Source: Phoronis australis (Eukaryota > Animalia > Phoronida). From it: DNA of 64,000 bases. Of the stretch, positions 1 through 13,300 are shown piece by piece (the stretch's first letter is position 1; every line of letters begins with the position of its first letter). Location of the stretch: NCBI GenBank assembly GCA_002633005.1, contig NMRA01000226.1, positions 420,339-484,338 of the forward strand, in the 5' to 3' direction. A model generated the notes under the pieces. It was given only the letters and a program-made list of their open reading frames with translations. It searched no databases and was not told where the DNA came from. The position numbers and the translations under genes are program-made.

Positions 1-119
1 TATGATGATCTGTATGTGGCATATTTCATTATACATTTATGGCTCAGACAGCATATCAAGACCAATCCGAGGTCCGGCGCCTCAAATCTAGCCTTTACAA
101 ATTAAACACTAAACAATAA

Positions 120-273
120 CAGGGGCGGATCCAGGATTTTCTGTTGGGGGGTTAGGGCAGAGTATTAGCCAGGATTTTGCCCTTCAGACAGTCATTCGCA
201 CCCCTGAACTGCCCAATGGAATCTGAGAGAGTTTTAGGGGGCCCCCCTTGGCCCCCCTCTAAATCCTCCACTG
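120..273 (+). mobile_element. PIF/Harbinger-type MITE, copy 1
   Basis: Ends CAGGGGCGGATCC...AAATCCTCCACTG form an imperfect TIR; a reverse-complement copy lies at 9922-10077. Superfamily inferred from TIR style. Confidence 0.65.
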
Positions 274-2239
274 AGTAATGAAATGTAATGAATTAAAGAT
301 GGCTGCAGACCTCTCCGTTAGTCCACGTTTGTGTTTCTACCGTTGCTGTCCGGTAAATGAAGATAAGAACGAGTGTAAAAATGGTGTCGCAAATTGAATT
401 GTGAACTGAGTTTGGGTATAGAAAAAGTATATAACATCTGTAACTTATCTAATTTGTTAAAAATAAAATACGAAATATTCTGAACAGCATTTCAAACATT
501 CTTCCTAAATTAGCCCAGTGAAACCCGTGATCCGCGAGAACCTCGAGAAACTACAAGACTTCGCGAGATGTCGTAATGCACTTACAACCAAAGCACGTAT
601 TCGCATTAGTTTCTTTCGCGAGAACTGTGTTCTGTGATATTTTTTTTGTACTTTGAACAGAGGTGGGACGGGAATACCAACTGCAAAGCTTGATTTGGAC
701 GCTCTTATGGTTCTCTCGAAGCCAACTGCTGATTCCCAAATACATTTCGGGACGCTTCCTTTAAAATCGCGTAAACAATCTACAGGATTTGCATTTGTTA
801 GAAAACATCTTCCAAGTGTAACAAACAAAATCAGGAGGAGTTTTGCAGTTCAAGCAATACTGTGCGCGTATTTAGGCTTATGGACCTAAATCCAAAACGA
901 CGCCCTTTTTAGATAAAATTGTGCTCATGTGTCGTATTCAGGAGCACGCACCTAAGCTGCACGTACGTGTATTCAAGCAGGTGGTTATCATTGTCTGTAT
1001 GCTTTAACCGGAGTTTATGTGCGTATTTTGTTCATTCTTAACGTACTTTCCCTTCGATAGTTAATCTTAAACTGAATGCACGTCAACGTCTGTCCCTGAT
1101 TTGATGATGGATCAACCAAGTTACATTCATCTACGATACCTTAAAATTTTGCTATTCGGTTTACTGAAGTGTTTTGCGCATGCTGATTGAATGCACCTAA
1201 TTCCGGATATACATGTAGACGCAACTTCACGCAAAAGTGAATTGGCCTAAACACGCAAATCAAATGTAGTGCAGCGTATGGTTAAATTGAGATTAAGATT
1301 CTTTCCGGTATATAAAAACGTGTTGCTTTAAGGAAGTGCTGTGTTTCTATACGGGTTATGGGTACAGATTAAGGTATTAAGGCTATTTACGGAACACGTC
1401 ATTCCAGGCATATTAGTATCTCTTGATAATACCAGACGATTAACAATCTTTATTCATCAGCATCTCCGCTTGATCATTTCCCAACAGTTATCAAAACATT
1501 GTCTTAAGTTAAGTCTGGGTTAGGTTCCGTAAACGCAGAAATCTCGCGAAGGAAGCAAATGTGATCATTTTAATCGTTTGCGATACATGGCGATATTTCG
1601 TGAGGTCTGGAGCGATCTTTTTTCTCAAGGTTTTCGCGTCTACGGAACGCAGGCCTGGTCTGTTCCCCAGAAACATCCAACTTGCGTTTCAATTCTTGAA
1701 GCTGCATTTCGCCAAATTTAGCTGGCTACAAGAGAGAAATCGAATAGGTCTTTTGCTCTCATAAAATCGGCCTTTTAAAATTCCTTACCATGATAGGATC
1801 CTATTTTCGTTATCAACTCACCAATCATTGGCAATGCGTGCATGTTTTCGGATTCGCAATTTAAGGGTTGGGCAACCACAATAAACTCTGGTGTATTTTC
1901 TTGTCATGCGATGTAGGCCTAATTTGATTTTCACTTTCCAGTCAGCTAACACCGCAAAGTGCAGTTCTTAAAAAAAAAACAGATGAATGAATGTGAGCCA
2001 CGTTTTCTTTTTTTGCTCGCAAACGATGCAGGCAAGGTTATAAACGCCGTTACCACACACTTTGGCTGCCAGTGACACAGTACACTTGATTGACTTCTCC
2101 GGTTCCGCTGGATCAACCGGGTAGGACATCTGATAAGTCTATATAAGCCGGAAGCTGGTCATCGAAAACCAATCAGATGAGTCTTAGCAGGTTGACCTGG
2201 CGTAACTGGCGAAGACAATCAAGTGTTGCCTCCCGTTCA

Positions 2240-2345
2240 GTAACACTAGGATGACCTCGTAAAGCAAGACTCCACGAGATTACGTGAGATATTGCAGTGT
2301 ATTTTAAATGAGAACACGTGACTTTTGGCTAGATTTTAGCTAGGT
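2240..2345 (+). repeat. Interspersed repeat fragment (second copy 32585-32690)
   Basis: TAACACTA..GACCTCG..GATTACGTGAGATATTGCAGTGTATTT..TTTTGGCTAGATTT aligns by eye with 32585-32690. Confidence 0.55.
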
Positions 2346-2745
2346 CCTAGCGTAACCCGTTCCTCTAGCGTACTCCTAGCGTTACGCAGGCGTGCGCTCT
2401 GTAACGCTAGGACCCTCGCGTACGGCGCGTTCGGTCACCACCTAAGGTGGATACTTCAGGTAAAATGAACAACTAAAGATACAGCACCGCAGCATCAATT
2501 TTCAAACAAACAACAGACCAGTACGAACTACGATTTTTTGCCCTTCGTCCCCGGCCAAAATACGACAGGCAGCTGGCCTCGATTTAACTGCGGAATCATT
2601 TGGCTCAAACGGATGAAAATTGGTACATTCTTGTTAGAAATTTTCGAGACAACATTCTAAAGGTTACGTGCTTATTTCCATTTGTAACTAGAATCAATAA
2701 GAGTCCTGCACAACTTATTTGAAATAAATCATGCGCTAATTAATA

Positions 2746-3400
2746 TACAGGGTGTGTCATATAAGTAAGGACACCATCATATGCTTCACGTAATCGAAAT
2801 GGCGCTGAAACGATTGGTCTTCATCTCGTACACAAATTCTAACAAGTGGTTTTATTAGTATGTATACAGGTGTCATTTCTGTGCACTTCGAAAGGTGATC
2901 ATGCCAAAAGTGTGTTTGCCCATGTTTTCGATCTGGAGCACGCTCTCCGCGAGTTCAAACGTGAAAGGACATAACCATCCGAACACGCTGTCTCAGGTAA
3001 ATATGCTCGATGGTTTCCTACGTGCCGCTAGGTGGGGCGGTAGCTGCGCCAGCTAAGCACGCAGGGAACCAGCGAGTCTGTGTTGGTCGTTCCCCAAATC
3101 ATCAACACAGGTGGCCACCACCAAAACGGTATCATCCCTCGTGCTGGGTCGACGCAAAGGTGCACCGACCTACCGCACACAGCGGCAGCTGTTCAATCAC
3201 AGAGTGGTACGGCTAGTCTGAGACTAAATCGAGAATGGCATGCTTGGTCACCATACCCTGCAGTCCCTCGACGTATTTCTATGGAGTTACCTACCAGTCA
3301 AAGAGCACCAACCGACGTCACGTGGAAGAGTTTACCCGACGAAATACCAAATTTCAATTTCTAATAAGCGCACGACGTAGAGGGAACGCAAATTCAAATA
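2746..3400 (+). mobile_element. Decayed Tc1/mariner transposon (frameshifted transposase C-terminal relic)
   Basis: TA-CAGGGTGT mariner-like end near 2746. Across frameshifts it reads PHTAAAV...EWHAWSP / LQSLDVFLWSYL / VEE, resembling the PH-x-A...WP-x-RSPDL-x-PLDFFLWGYL motifs of mariner transposases. Confidence 0.55.
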
Positions 3401-3845
3401 CAATCTCCAGTGATGGAATCGGAAGCAGTCACAACAAAAGTGCTACTTCGTCAGTGCATCGTCGAGTAATTAAACTATGTCCATATATTTCCATCAAAAA
3501 ACTGAAGTGACTTTCGCGCGTGTTTTCCGGGAGGTAAAATGAGCAAAACAACTTATAGATTACCATCTTTAAAAATCTGCAAGATCATATTTTTCAAATT
3601 AAAGTCTTTCCAGTCCTCAGGAACGACCCAAAAAATACAAACGCCGTTTAAATTCAGCCTATGAATATTCATTCCACCACTTGCAATACATGGGCAATCA
3701 ATCTAGAGTAAAATTACTATTGAGACACTAGGCCGTATAATGTAAAAATTGTGGCCGTGGAGTTGGGTTCACTGTAAGCAACACGTAGCCCCTCGGTTGG
3801 CCGGTTAGGGGCTACTTAATTCTTCCCATCGCTTTCTGTACGAGG

Positions 3846-4310
3846 TTTCGTCTCGTGTATTTTAAACGGGCAGTAGGCTACATCCGGCCACCGATTAGGA
3901 TTGTTCACCTTGTCAAAAATACATTCCACTCTTAAAACTATCAATTAAAAAAGCGCTTACTTTCTTCATTGGTCCTTTACTTTTACACATATTTTCGATG
4001 AAGCTTAGTTATTAGAATTAAGGTGACTTTGGCGAAGAATTTCAACTCCATTTTTGGTCACCGTTAACTTTTTCACCACGCGCGCGATAAATTCAACTGA
4101 GTCACGTGAGTTTAGGCAAAGGCTAGCGCGAGACTGAGGGAAGTGCCTGACGCTGGCGCGTGACACTTGCAAAATAACAAGGGAAGGTATCAGATGAAAT
4201 TTGTAAGATTTGTGTCCCTTGGACTTTTTATTCGTCAACATACATGATTTCACGTAACTTCCTCAAAACGGCACCCGTAAAAGAAACTTGAGCAAACCGC
4301 GACAGATTTT
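3846..4310 (+). repeat. Interspersed repeat, unclassified (second copy 63516-64000)
   Basis: Colinear similarity to 63516-64000, e.g. GGCAAAGGCTAGCGCGAGACTGAG and GAAATTTGTAAGATTTGTGTCCCTTGGACTTTT. Confidence 0.75.
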
Positions 4311-6043
4311 CATCGATTTGTTCAAATTATCTTGACTGAATCGTCTCCAGACCTATGCTATGTGTTAATTATAACTCCATGTGCATATATGCATGTTTCA
4401 TTTGATTTTTATTTCCTGTATTTTGAAATTCGTAACTTTTTGTGGGGATGTACTATCGCCCCTGTATACCTGCGGCATCCAGTGCGATGTAATTGCCTAG
4501 GAGCACTGCCCAAGGTAAACTAAAATGAACACGTTTAATTCTAAGAAACACAATTTGAGCTGCTACTTTACTTTTTGAGAATCGTGGTGACCTTCTGGTT
4601 GGGTCATGAACACCCAGGTAAGCTCACTGCACATGGTAGACACTTTTGAGAACAGCTGTCGTCACATTCAATGGCAGCGTATATTTATTGCACGACCACG
4701 AAAACTAATTAATATCGATTTGAAGACGATTTTGCCAGTGAGACAACAAATCCTTTTCATAGTCCACAAACATTAGGCTACAACGAAAATTTATATCACA
4801 TTAGCCCAAACATTCGGAAAGTGACGATGTTTTGGTCTATCTCACAGTACTCCGAAAATTATTTGCGGTGACCAACGTATCATGAAGGTACACATAGCTA
4901 CATTTCATGGATTGGTGCATTAATCTGGACCAAGAAAGATGAAAAAACGTGTGTATGGTTCTTAAAAACTATCCATACCCGTGTGAAAAGAAAAATGACC
5001 CTCAAGAGCAAGCCTTGTCATGCTGCACTGTGTTCTTTGACAATGAAGGCAAGCAGTAAAATACTTTCGTTACTATATTGGTTCAAATGCAAGTCTGTCG
5101 CCTGTGTACGAAAAATTCAGAATTCGATAACACCCAAAGAATCACAAATTTAAGTGGGGACACGTTTACCTTCATTAAGAGTAAACACACTACAATTCAG
5201 TAAGCGCAAGTTATATACTTACAGCATACAGTGCAGTAGTCTATAGATCTTCCACAACTCTAGACAACACCAACCAATTCTGTTCCCAAGTCGACGTTGC
5301 TTTTCCGAACACTAATTCGTGAAGACCAAACGCAGACCGTGGAGTTTTTTGCGTGTGTGTCGATATCAATGCACGATAGTCGCCCAGAGAGTATTCTACG
5401 ATAACTCAGATTTGGAAGCTTACGCGCGTTGGTGCACAGCGTTCAAATCGGTGCTTACCTCAGGCGATTCCAACAATCGAGTCAGTTTAGGGGAGACAGC
5501 TTATTGACGCAACCCGTTGTCAAAAATCGGGTGACTGCTTTGAAAATGAAACCTTGCTACATAGTTGACTTTTCGTGACTTTTATGTCACGTCACGTGGC
5601 TGAGGTGAATGGGATTGTTTTTTTTTGCCTAGTTTTTGGAAACAAAATTTTGGTATTCAATTTTCCGTGGCTAATGTACTGCGCCACGTGGCTCAGGCAC
5701 ATGGCATCGATTTTTCTCTTTAAAATTACCAGAAATTTCCTACTTATCTTTGGCATCCAGCTATCAATTCCATTTATTGTTATTGTTTCTTTGTATACTT
5801 TGTTTCCGAGGCAACAACTTGAATATTATGTTAGCGTTTGTTTCCGTAAATCTAGGCTTTTTTTACATACATTTTGCAATCAGTTGCAAGTTTTGCAAGT
5901 CTCCGTTTAGACGGAGTAAAAAACGTAATAACATAACGACATTTTTGTGATGAAAATACAAATTCTCTGCAGAATGTTCTCTGCGAGAATGCAGATTACG
6001 TTCTATCAGTACAATATGGACGGGTTGAAGACATGCTTTGTTC

Positions 6044-6228
6044 ATTTTAGACAATGTAGAAACACGAGAATCCGGTAAACATGTATAATAAAAACACAAG
6101 CTTTTGAGTCTTAAAGGATGCGGCTCTTCATCAGAGACACCTCATGAAAAGTGGCTCGAAAGTTAGTGCTTTTAATAAAGATTTTTACCGGATTTTTAAG
6201 TGTTTTACCTGTTTCTGCATTGTCTAAT
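6044..6228. mobile_element. Inverted pair of decayed hammerhead-bearing (Penelope pLTR-like) repeats
   Basis: Minus arm CTGATGA-AGAGCC..GACTC-AAAAGCTT; plus arm CTCATGA..GGCTC-GAAAG. Both arms continue with TTTACCGGATT...GTTTCTRCATTGTCTAA. Confidence 0.55.
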
Positions 6229-7402
6229 TTTATCCGGTCTCAACGTATGCCATTTTGTTCATTAAAGGTTTTCAATTTACTTATCGACATGCCCCTTTCA
6301 TTAGCGTTCACAGTTTTACACGGCGACACTAGTAAGGGGTTAATCGATTATTTCTGCTATCAGACAATAGGTAGTCATCAATTATTTGTCCAAGTTATTT
6401 TAATGATAACAGTTATTATTCTACGAAAGTGCTTTTGTGAAGGGGTGTTTCTGACTGGAAATTTCACAAATACAAACCCAGTGTTTTATCCTTTTATCTC
6501 ACAACGTTCAATCTGGGCCATATTATCCTACCGAATCCAACACAAAGAAAGACAGGATAATATCTACAAACTATTTTTTTATTTGCAGTATACGCAGATA
6601 CAGTCAAGCGTTCCCTTTGATTCCGAATATGCCCGAGTACGCGGCATGCACAAAACGAAATATCCGATTTTGTACGTGTACAGCGTCCTCCCCTTGCTTC
6701 TTGAGCCCGGTGGGTAACACCACGTTAGGATACGTTTTGAGACCCAGATTCAAATTTTGAGCCATCATGATCAATCGTGACTACATGTGTATGTATGAGT
6801 GCTTTTAAGTGTTCTCAAACTGTGAAGTATTGTGGCACCACTGTCATATTCTAGTGCCCAATGCAGTCTGAATCTAGCCATGTTTGTGGAAATTATTACC
6901 TAATTTAATGATCTAATTATTTCCACAAAATTACCAAAACCCAGTATTTTCCGCCTTGGAACTTAGCGGAATATTGCGATTAAAATTTTCGCCTTCGATC
7001 CGTGTGGAAAGGCTGTTGCATGTGAGCCTTCATTTTTTAATGGCGTGCACTAAAAAAGTTCTGTTCACCTTTTTCAACGCTACAACTTCCTGACAGGCGA
7101 TTTTTGGAAGGAATTTTCTTGAAAGCAATAAAGTGAATGAAAAAAGGTAGCGGGTATTTCTACTCAAAATTTGCTTTTTAATTAAAAATAGCAATTAAGA
7201 CAACTGAAGAACTGTAAATGTTATAAAGATTATGAATGCTATTTTGGGCTTTTTTATGCAAGTGGACATATTCTAACCGACCTATCACTTGAAAACCTGC
7301 GTCAGTGTGCTCATCCATGTGGGACCGACTCGCATGGTAAGCTTCGATTCACGACGAGTGGTTGGGTAAGTTTTGAGTCTCCTCGAGTCCGAAGATTAGA
7401 CC

Positions 7403-7538
7403 CGGGGAGTTGTTTCACAAAAATATGTTACGAAGTTTTTACACATAGACTAAACGGAGATTTGCGACAAAACTTGCTATTGGTCGTAATCCGTACAAAA
7501 AACGTCGAAAAGTTACGACACTCTAGTGGAACAGGCCC
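7403..7538. mobile_element. Short Harbinger-type MITE remnant (related inverted segment near 5880-5955)
   Basis: GGGGAGTTGTTTCACAAAA...GTGGAACAGGCCC imperfect TIRs; CTAAACGGAGA segment shared in reverse with 5900-5910. Confidence 0.4.
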
Positions 7539-8835
7539 TAGTGGCCGTTTGCATGTACCAAGCATGGACTACACAACATTCCCTAAATCTTCAGCGTATT
7601 TGTGAACTTTGCTTACACCCTTATATAAATGTTTTCAACCACTTTATCTTCAGTACTGAGATCCTTATTCACTTATGGATAACGGATTCTTTATTTTAAT
7701 GGAAATTATTAGAGTAAGTCTTTAAATTAGGGGTGTTGCATGAAAAGGGCACTATTTTTTACCAGCAATATTCAAATTAGAGATTCCCGTCGTATGTACC
7801 AAGGCTAAATTTGTCTAGTATTGAAGACAACACAAAATCAACACCAGACGTACTCTACTCAAGTGGGACACATATGGCAATATTTGCATGAAGATCCACC
7901 AAGGAACACGGTAGATATGGAGACGGAGGCAAAAATCAAATTTGTCACTGTACCGTAAATGAATTTAATTAACAGAATACTGTCACTTGTGTAGGTGTAT
8001 TTGTCGATTTTTCATTTGCTCTACCCTGGGAGCCTCACTTGACTCTCACTTGATGAGTGGTCGGAAGAACGTAAAATATTTGATATTTGTGCACACGGAG
8101 ATCGTCGTAGTGAATAAAATACTAAAGCTACTCCTACTAAGTAACTGCGAATAACCTATTAATAATTAATAAGTAATAATAATTTGACGGTTCGCTCATA
8201 CAAGTAGGCGTTAGCAAAATGTGCCCGAACATTCGAACAGGTTTTAGGCGAGCCCACGCGAGATGGCAAAATCGGTTAAATAGGATGGATTATGGCAATT
8301 CACGGGAAAGAGCCGGTAATGGGATGGTGGTAAGAAATCAATTAAGCCTAATTCTCGATAATTGAGATGTTCGCTGGTGTCAATCAATTCGAATTACATT
8401 GTTGTTTATTTGAGTTGATGGCATATTGATGACATTGTGTACTTTTGTCTTTCCGGTTATGTGCCTCGTGGTTAATTTAGGAACTGCACGCCATGTCAGA
8501 CCGGAAACCCAAGTGGCATCAACTGATAATTTAGTAAGATACCTTTGATTTGAAAGATGCTAATACTGGAAAATATTTAACCAGGAAACGTTTTTACCAC
8601 CCGCCATTACCACGGTACTTTTTCTGCTTCAAAAATAAAAAACAATCAAAAAACAATCAACCCAAATTCATTGTCTATGTTCGTCTGCTTTATCCTCCCC
8701 AGAAATTAAAAAATGTCAATCTGTCTGATTTGATTTCCCAATTGCTAAATAATGAAAATGTCATTTTTTTCAAACTCAAACAATCAATATATGATATTCT
8801 GAAACAACACAGACTTCATGGTTGGAACTGATCAG

Positions 8836-8952
8836 AGCCGGCTTCATCCAGGATTTCGAAAGTAGGGTGTCCAAAAGGGGTTTCCAGTATTCCAGGGTGT
8901 CCATGATTCCAACGACGTGTTATCCCCACCCTCACCGTTGGCCAGCAACCCC
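8836..8952 (+). mobile_element. Terminus of non-autonomous hAT-like element (same family as the right end of 54373-56104), truncated by gap
   Basis: ATCCAGGATTTCGAAAGTAGGGTGTCCAAAAGGGGTTTCCAGTATTCCAGGGTGTCCATGATTCC matches the reverse complement of 56030-56095. Confidence 0.7.
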
Positions 8953-9269
8953 NNNNNNNNNNNNNNNNNNNNNNNNNNNNNNNNNNNNNNNNNNNNNNNN
9001 NNNNNNNNNNNNNNNNNNNNNNNNNNNNNNNNNNNNNNNNNNNNNNNNNNNNNNNNNNNNNNNNNNNNNNNNNNNNNNNNNNNNNNNNNNNNNNNNNNNN
9101 NNNNNNNNNNNNNNNNNNNNNNNNNNNNNNNNNNNNNNNNNNNNNNNNNNNNNNNNNNNNNNNNNNNNNNNNNNNNNNNNNNNNNNNNNNNNNNNNNNNN
9201 NNNNNNNNNNNNNNNNNNNNNNNNNNNNNNNNNNNNNNNNNNNNNNNNNNNNNNNNNNNNNNNNNNNNN
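8953..9269. other. Assembly gap (N run)
   Basis: Run of N. Confidence 1.
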
Positions 9270-9489
9270 AACCCCCTCCCCCCCCCCCCATACACAGTGA
9301 GATAATAAGTTTACAAAAACAGATCCGCTGCGTGGAACAATACTTTTACGTCTAGTAAATTTGCGGAATCAGCCAAGTAGCTTACCAAACAAATATTACA
9401 ATTATATTGGTTGAACAATGATCGAGAGCACTGTGTTTTTGGAAATCTCAAGTTTCAGTTTTATATCTAATGAGCAAATTATTGGTCAC

Positions 9490-9750
9490 CACAGACTAAA
9501 AGTACTTGTGACCTTGGCTTTACTTAAGAAAACGTGGCTGTCAGCGGACAATTTTTGACATGTGGCGAAGTGAATTGCATTGGTACCGTGTAGAAGGATT
9601 GAATCTGTTACTAATTGCAACACAGACTAAAAGTACTTGTGACCTTGGCCTTACTTAAGAAAACGTGGCTGTAAGAGGACAAGTTTTGATATGTGGCGAA
9701 GTGAATTGCATTGGTACCGTAGTAGGATTGAATCTGTTACTAATTGCAAC
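9490..9750 (+). repeat. Tandem duplication, 2 x ~130 bp
   Basis: ACAGACTAAAAGTACTTGTGACCTTGG...GAATCTGTTACTAATTGCAAC repeated head-to-tail with few mismatches. Confidence 0.9.
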
Positions 9751-9921
9751 AATAAAGGAACAAAGAATTTCTGAAAAGGCCCTGAAAGTTTATTGACAGA
9801 TAAGTCTGAACTTGTTGAATTCTCTCGTTTTCAGTATTAATTTCTTTCAAATGTTTGCACCATCTCTCGGAGCTAAGTATTTGTTGGCAAAATACATGTG
9901 AGGGCCTGTGGCTGTAAGCTA

Positions 9922-10077
9922 GAGCGGCGGATTTAGAGGGAGGATAAAGGGACGATGGCCCACCTAAAATTCTCCCGGATTCCATTTGGCAGTTCGAGGG
10001 TGCGAATATCTTACGAGAAAAATCCTGGCTAATACTCTGCCCTTCCACCCCAAATTAAAATCCTGGATCGGCCCCAG
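9922..10077 (-). mobile_element. PIF/Harbinger-type MITE, copy 2
   Basis: Reverse-complement homolog of 120-273 (AATCCTGGCTAATACTCTGCCC; AAAATCCTGGATC). Confidence 0.65.
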
Positions 10078-10764
10078 AGCTAGATTGATGAATCAGTTAA
10101 TGTTAAGTCGGTAAGGCAAGGACGTATTGACAAGTCAGTACATTTGTCCAAATAACTACAAAACTGTAGAATTTAGCTCAACAAAAGTGTGTTCCGAAAG
10201 TATAAGTTCCGCAGAATTTGACTTTTACTTCATACCAGTCTACCACTAATTAAGTCACGTGACCTTGATTTTTAGGAAAATTTAGCAAAAACAAGGGTAC
10301 ATTCATAGCAAAACACGGGATCGATAAAACGACCAAATTTCATATCAAATAAATGCTTAAGATAAAATGACAAAAATACTGTTACACTTTTCTAAATTAT
10401 TGTTTCGTTTTCATTTTATGCAACTTTAAAAAAAATTTGTTGCATAATATCTGAAGGTTTTGTGAGAATCTGTCATTTCCGGTGTTCCGAAGTTTGTCAA
10501 AGTCGGACATTTTTCTAGGGTCCTACGTAACCTTAAGTGCAGCCCAGGTGGTGACATGGCGGCACATTCTAATCCAGCCAGTGTGCCGGAAGAACTTGCA
10601 AATTACACTTAACCTCAGCTAAACTATCAAAGTCAAGTTAACGTGTGTAACTTTCAAGTCTAACCAGCTTCAACATGTTCAACGTTCGACAGCTCCATCA
10701 GCTTGAAAGATAAACGGTTTCAATAAAATAAGCGGCAAATATAGATGTAGCAGTAAAAAAGCTG

Positions 10765-11012
10765 GGGCCCGTTCCAAGAAACTGACTTAAGTTCATTTTT
10801 GACTTAAGTTTAAGATTTGTCTTAACTTCCAAACTTTGAAACTTCCACATTAGGCAAGCAAGTCAAAATTAAGACAAAACTAATGTTAAACACTTAAAAC
10901 AAACTTAAGATGTCTTTCTTGAATTGGTTTTGAGACAAATTTAACTTTTATTTTAAAATTTACAAAAATTTAAGATTTGGCTTAGCTAAGTCAGTTTTGT
11001 TGGAACGGGCCC
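10765..11012. mobile_element. Harbinger-type MITE with 3-bp TSD
   Basis: TIR GGGCCCGTTCCAA/TTGGAACGGGCCC extending into AACTGACTTA; CTG duplicated at 10762-10764 and 11013-11015. Confidence 0.8.
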
Positions 11013-12879
11013 CTGTATTATAGACAGCGTTTTTTTTTTGGTTCTTTTTTGTTTTTTTTTTATTCTCGTCTAGCTGCTGCGGCAGTTTTAAGTTCATCAA
11101 ATTAATGTTTTATTTACTTACAAAATGTGGTCCAACTAAGTTGAATTCTACTAAGAATAACTAGATAACAGTAAATTGCGGTAAATTTTTTACGAATTTA
11201 GGACAGTCTCCGGAATTTCGGACAAGTTCAAAGCGAACAATTTTTTTTTTATTCTGAACGGACACGGACAAATTTGCCATTCACCATAGTTCTTAAATTT
11301 CTGACACCTCGATTTTAGCGCATTGGACGTAGTTCTCACACTTCGGACAGTGCGCTTTTTCGCATGATCGGGAGCTGCATGTAAATCTGGAAGTTCAAAT
11401 AACGGTGATTATTTACACGTTAAAACTACCGCGGTTGTAATGCATTGACAGATGTCGCAGTCTACCGATGTGGATGGTTGTTTGTGTATATCTCGCATGT
11501 TTTCTTGGCAGTGATCACGGACTTAAAATATTTGCCACGCTTGATTGCGATTTCACTATAAATAAAATGTAATGTTCTCCGCCTTTTGCCAAATCGCCAG
11601 TGTCACGCCTTGTATTTGTATTAACAGATAATTATTAAGCACCGGTGATGAGACCGTTGTGTTTTCATGTCACATCCGGGGTTCACTTACCTTCCTCAAG
11701 GCGCCCCGACCTTCGCTATGTCATGCTTACAAACGGCGCCCGAACCGGCGTGTTGTTCAGTGTGACTGTGAAAAGCAAAAATTCATGCCCTAGTTTGTTA
11801 TGCAGTATAGTTAAAAATGTTCATGATGCGAATAAATCTTTATGTCTCCATGCTGACATTCTATTTGCTAGTCTATTTGGTATTCTCCACGGTCGTTGAG
11901 AATTCGAACTCATCACTTCGGCAAAACAAATGTCTGGTTCATATTTTAACCTTGAGCAAACAGGCTGTCCTTGAGCCTAGAAAACACTTTTCGCGACTAA
12001 TTGCTTTTTGAAATCGTTTCTCACCATAAACGCTGTCCACTAATCGCTTGGTGTTTTGTTAAATTATCTGGGCAAGGACTCCTATCAAGTGACTGCTAAT
12101 TTCACTGAAAAGTCAATTAATGGTCATTACCTGGTAATAGTTAGGTTCGTCAAATCAATAACTGGTAACTTAACCGATGTAAATCACTTGACAACATTAA
12201 ATACAATGACGCGATAGTCACCAAATGGCCATTAAGAAATCCTCTCCAAGTTCTAATTGGCACCACTTCATACCGGTAACCGCAAATTTTTGGATTTTTT
12301 CTGTTATTTGGCCTCATTTTCCACCTACCTTTTGTCATGCAGTGCTGTTGTGCAGGCAAACAATTACCTCTAAAATGGAGAATTTTGTAATGAACTGCAT
12401 CGTTCAAGAAAAATACCAAATCAAAAAATGGCGACATCTTTCTGATATGGAATAACAATGTATTATTTCCTATTGACAAATTGACAAATTGACAATACAG
12501 TAGCAGACAGTTTGAAAACAAAACTGACAAATACTTTCTCATCTGAAAATCAGAGAAACGCTCTTAGCAAAAATGACTACTTCCTTGGTGAGTGACAAAA
12601 AACTGCCGTGACCAGTGTCACTCACGTGAGAGTACACAACAGGAAATATAAGCTTAGAAAACCATCATAACTCCCCTTCACGATGGCTGATTGTAAGCAG
12701 AGTTCATCTATAGAGTAACTGAAATGACAGGAACATGCAAATACCGGTATATCTATCTACAGTTGGTGTGCACTGGAACTTCAATGAAACAAGAATGCTT
12801 CATGGACATTACACCAACTGTTTTTTTTCAAATACCATGAATACTGCCCACACAGTAACTCAATAACAATAAATAATCA

Positions 12880-12885
12880 TTTAAT
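12880..12885 (-). promoter_or_regulatory. Candidate NDUFA7 polyadenylation signal (ATTAAA)
   Basis: TTTAAT on plus strand, ~140 nt downstream of the NDUFA7 stop. Confidence 0.4.
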
Positions 12886-13022
12886 CTGTCGAACAACAGC
12901 AGAACTCCTCACACATCACCATGTACAACATCACAGAATAACTCTGTGTGACAATTCAAAATGTTTTTTGTCCATGAGTATCCGCACACAACTACAAACA
13001 CTTTGTCTACCACCAGATGCCT

Positions 13023-13113
13023 CTAGTTGAACACTGATTTGCCCGTGTCAAAGTTGTATCCAAGGCCAGGTAGGGGAGGTTTTTTGGCAGCAACTGCAGC
13101 AGACTCAGGCACT
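13023..13113 (-). CDS. NDUFA7: NADH dehydrogenase 1 alpha subcomplex subunit 7, exon 4 (last)
   Basis: ttgcag acceptor, phase 2 fits exon 3; VPESAAVAAKKPPLPGLGYNFDTGKSVFN-stop. Confidence 0.8.
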
Positions 13114-13240
13114 CTGCAACATAAGTTGTGCATTGCAAGCATATTGCAGACAACAGTATGCCTTATAAAATGAAACACTGCAGGCAAAATCAAACCTTAC
13201 CTTTCAAATGGGAGAATCAATATTCACTAAATGAAGCAAT

Positions 13241-13300
13241 AACCAGGTGGCGACACCATCTTGCCCAGGTGTCAGCTCACCTAGTCTGCTGAACAACATG
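13241..13300 (+). repeat. Short interspersed repeat fragment (second copy 61561-61615)
   Basis: ACCAGGTGGC..CCAGG..GCTCACCTAG..AACATG shared with 61561-61615. Confidence 0.45.

Noticed and set aside
299-889. Possible plus-strand gene start (aagATGGCTGCA...gtaaat) and ORF 653-889
   Set aside because: No recognisable protein and no consistent downstream exon chain.
6151-6717. 188-aa ORF
   Set aside because: GTG start, F/L/I-rich composition typical of AT-rich non-coding DNA, and it overlaps repeat sequence.
8816-9355. ORFs containing X runs (also 40724-41299)
   Set aside because: Artefacts of N gaps.
9490-9750. Repeat arrays as CRISPR (also 51406-51559)
   Set aside because: Eukaryotic intron-containing context, no unique spacers and no cas genes; these are simple tandem duplications.
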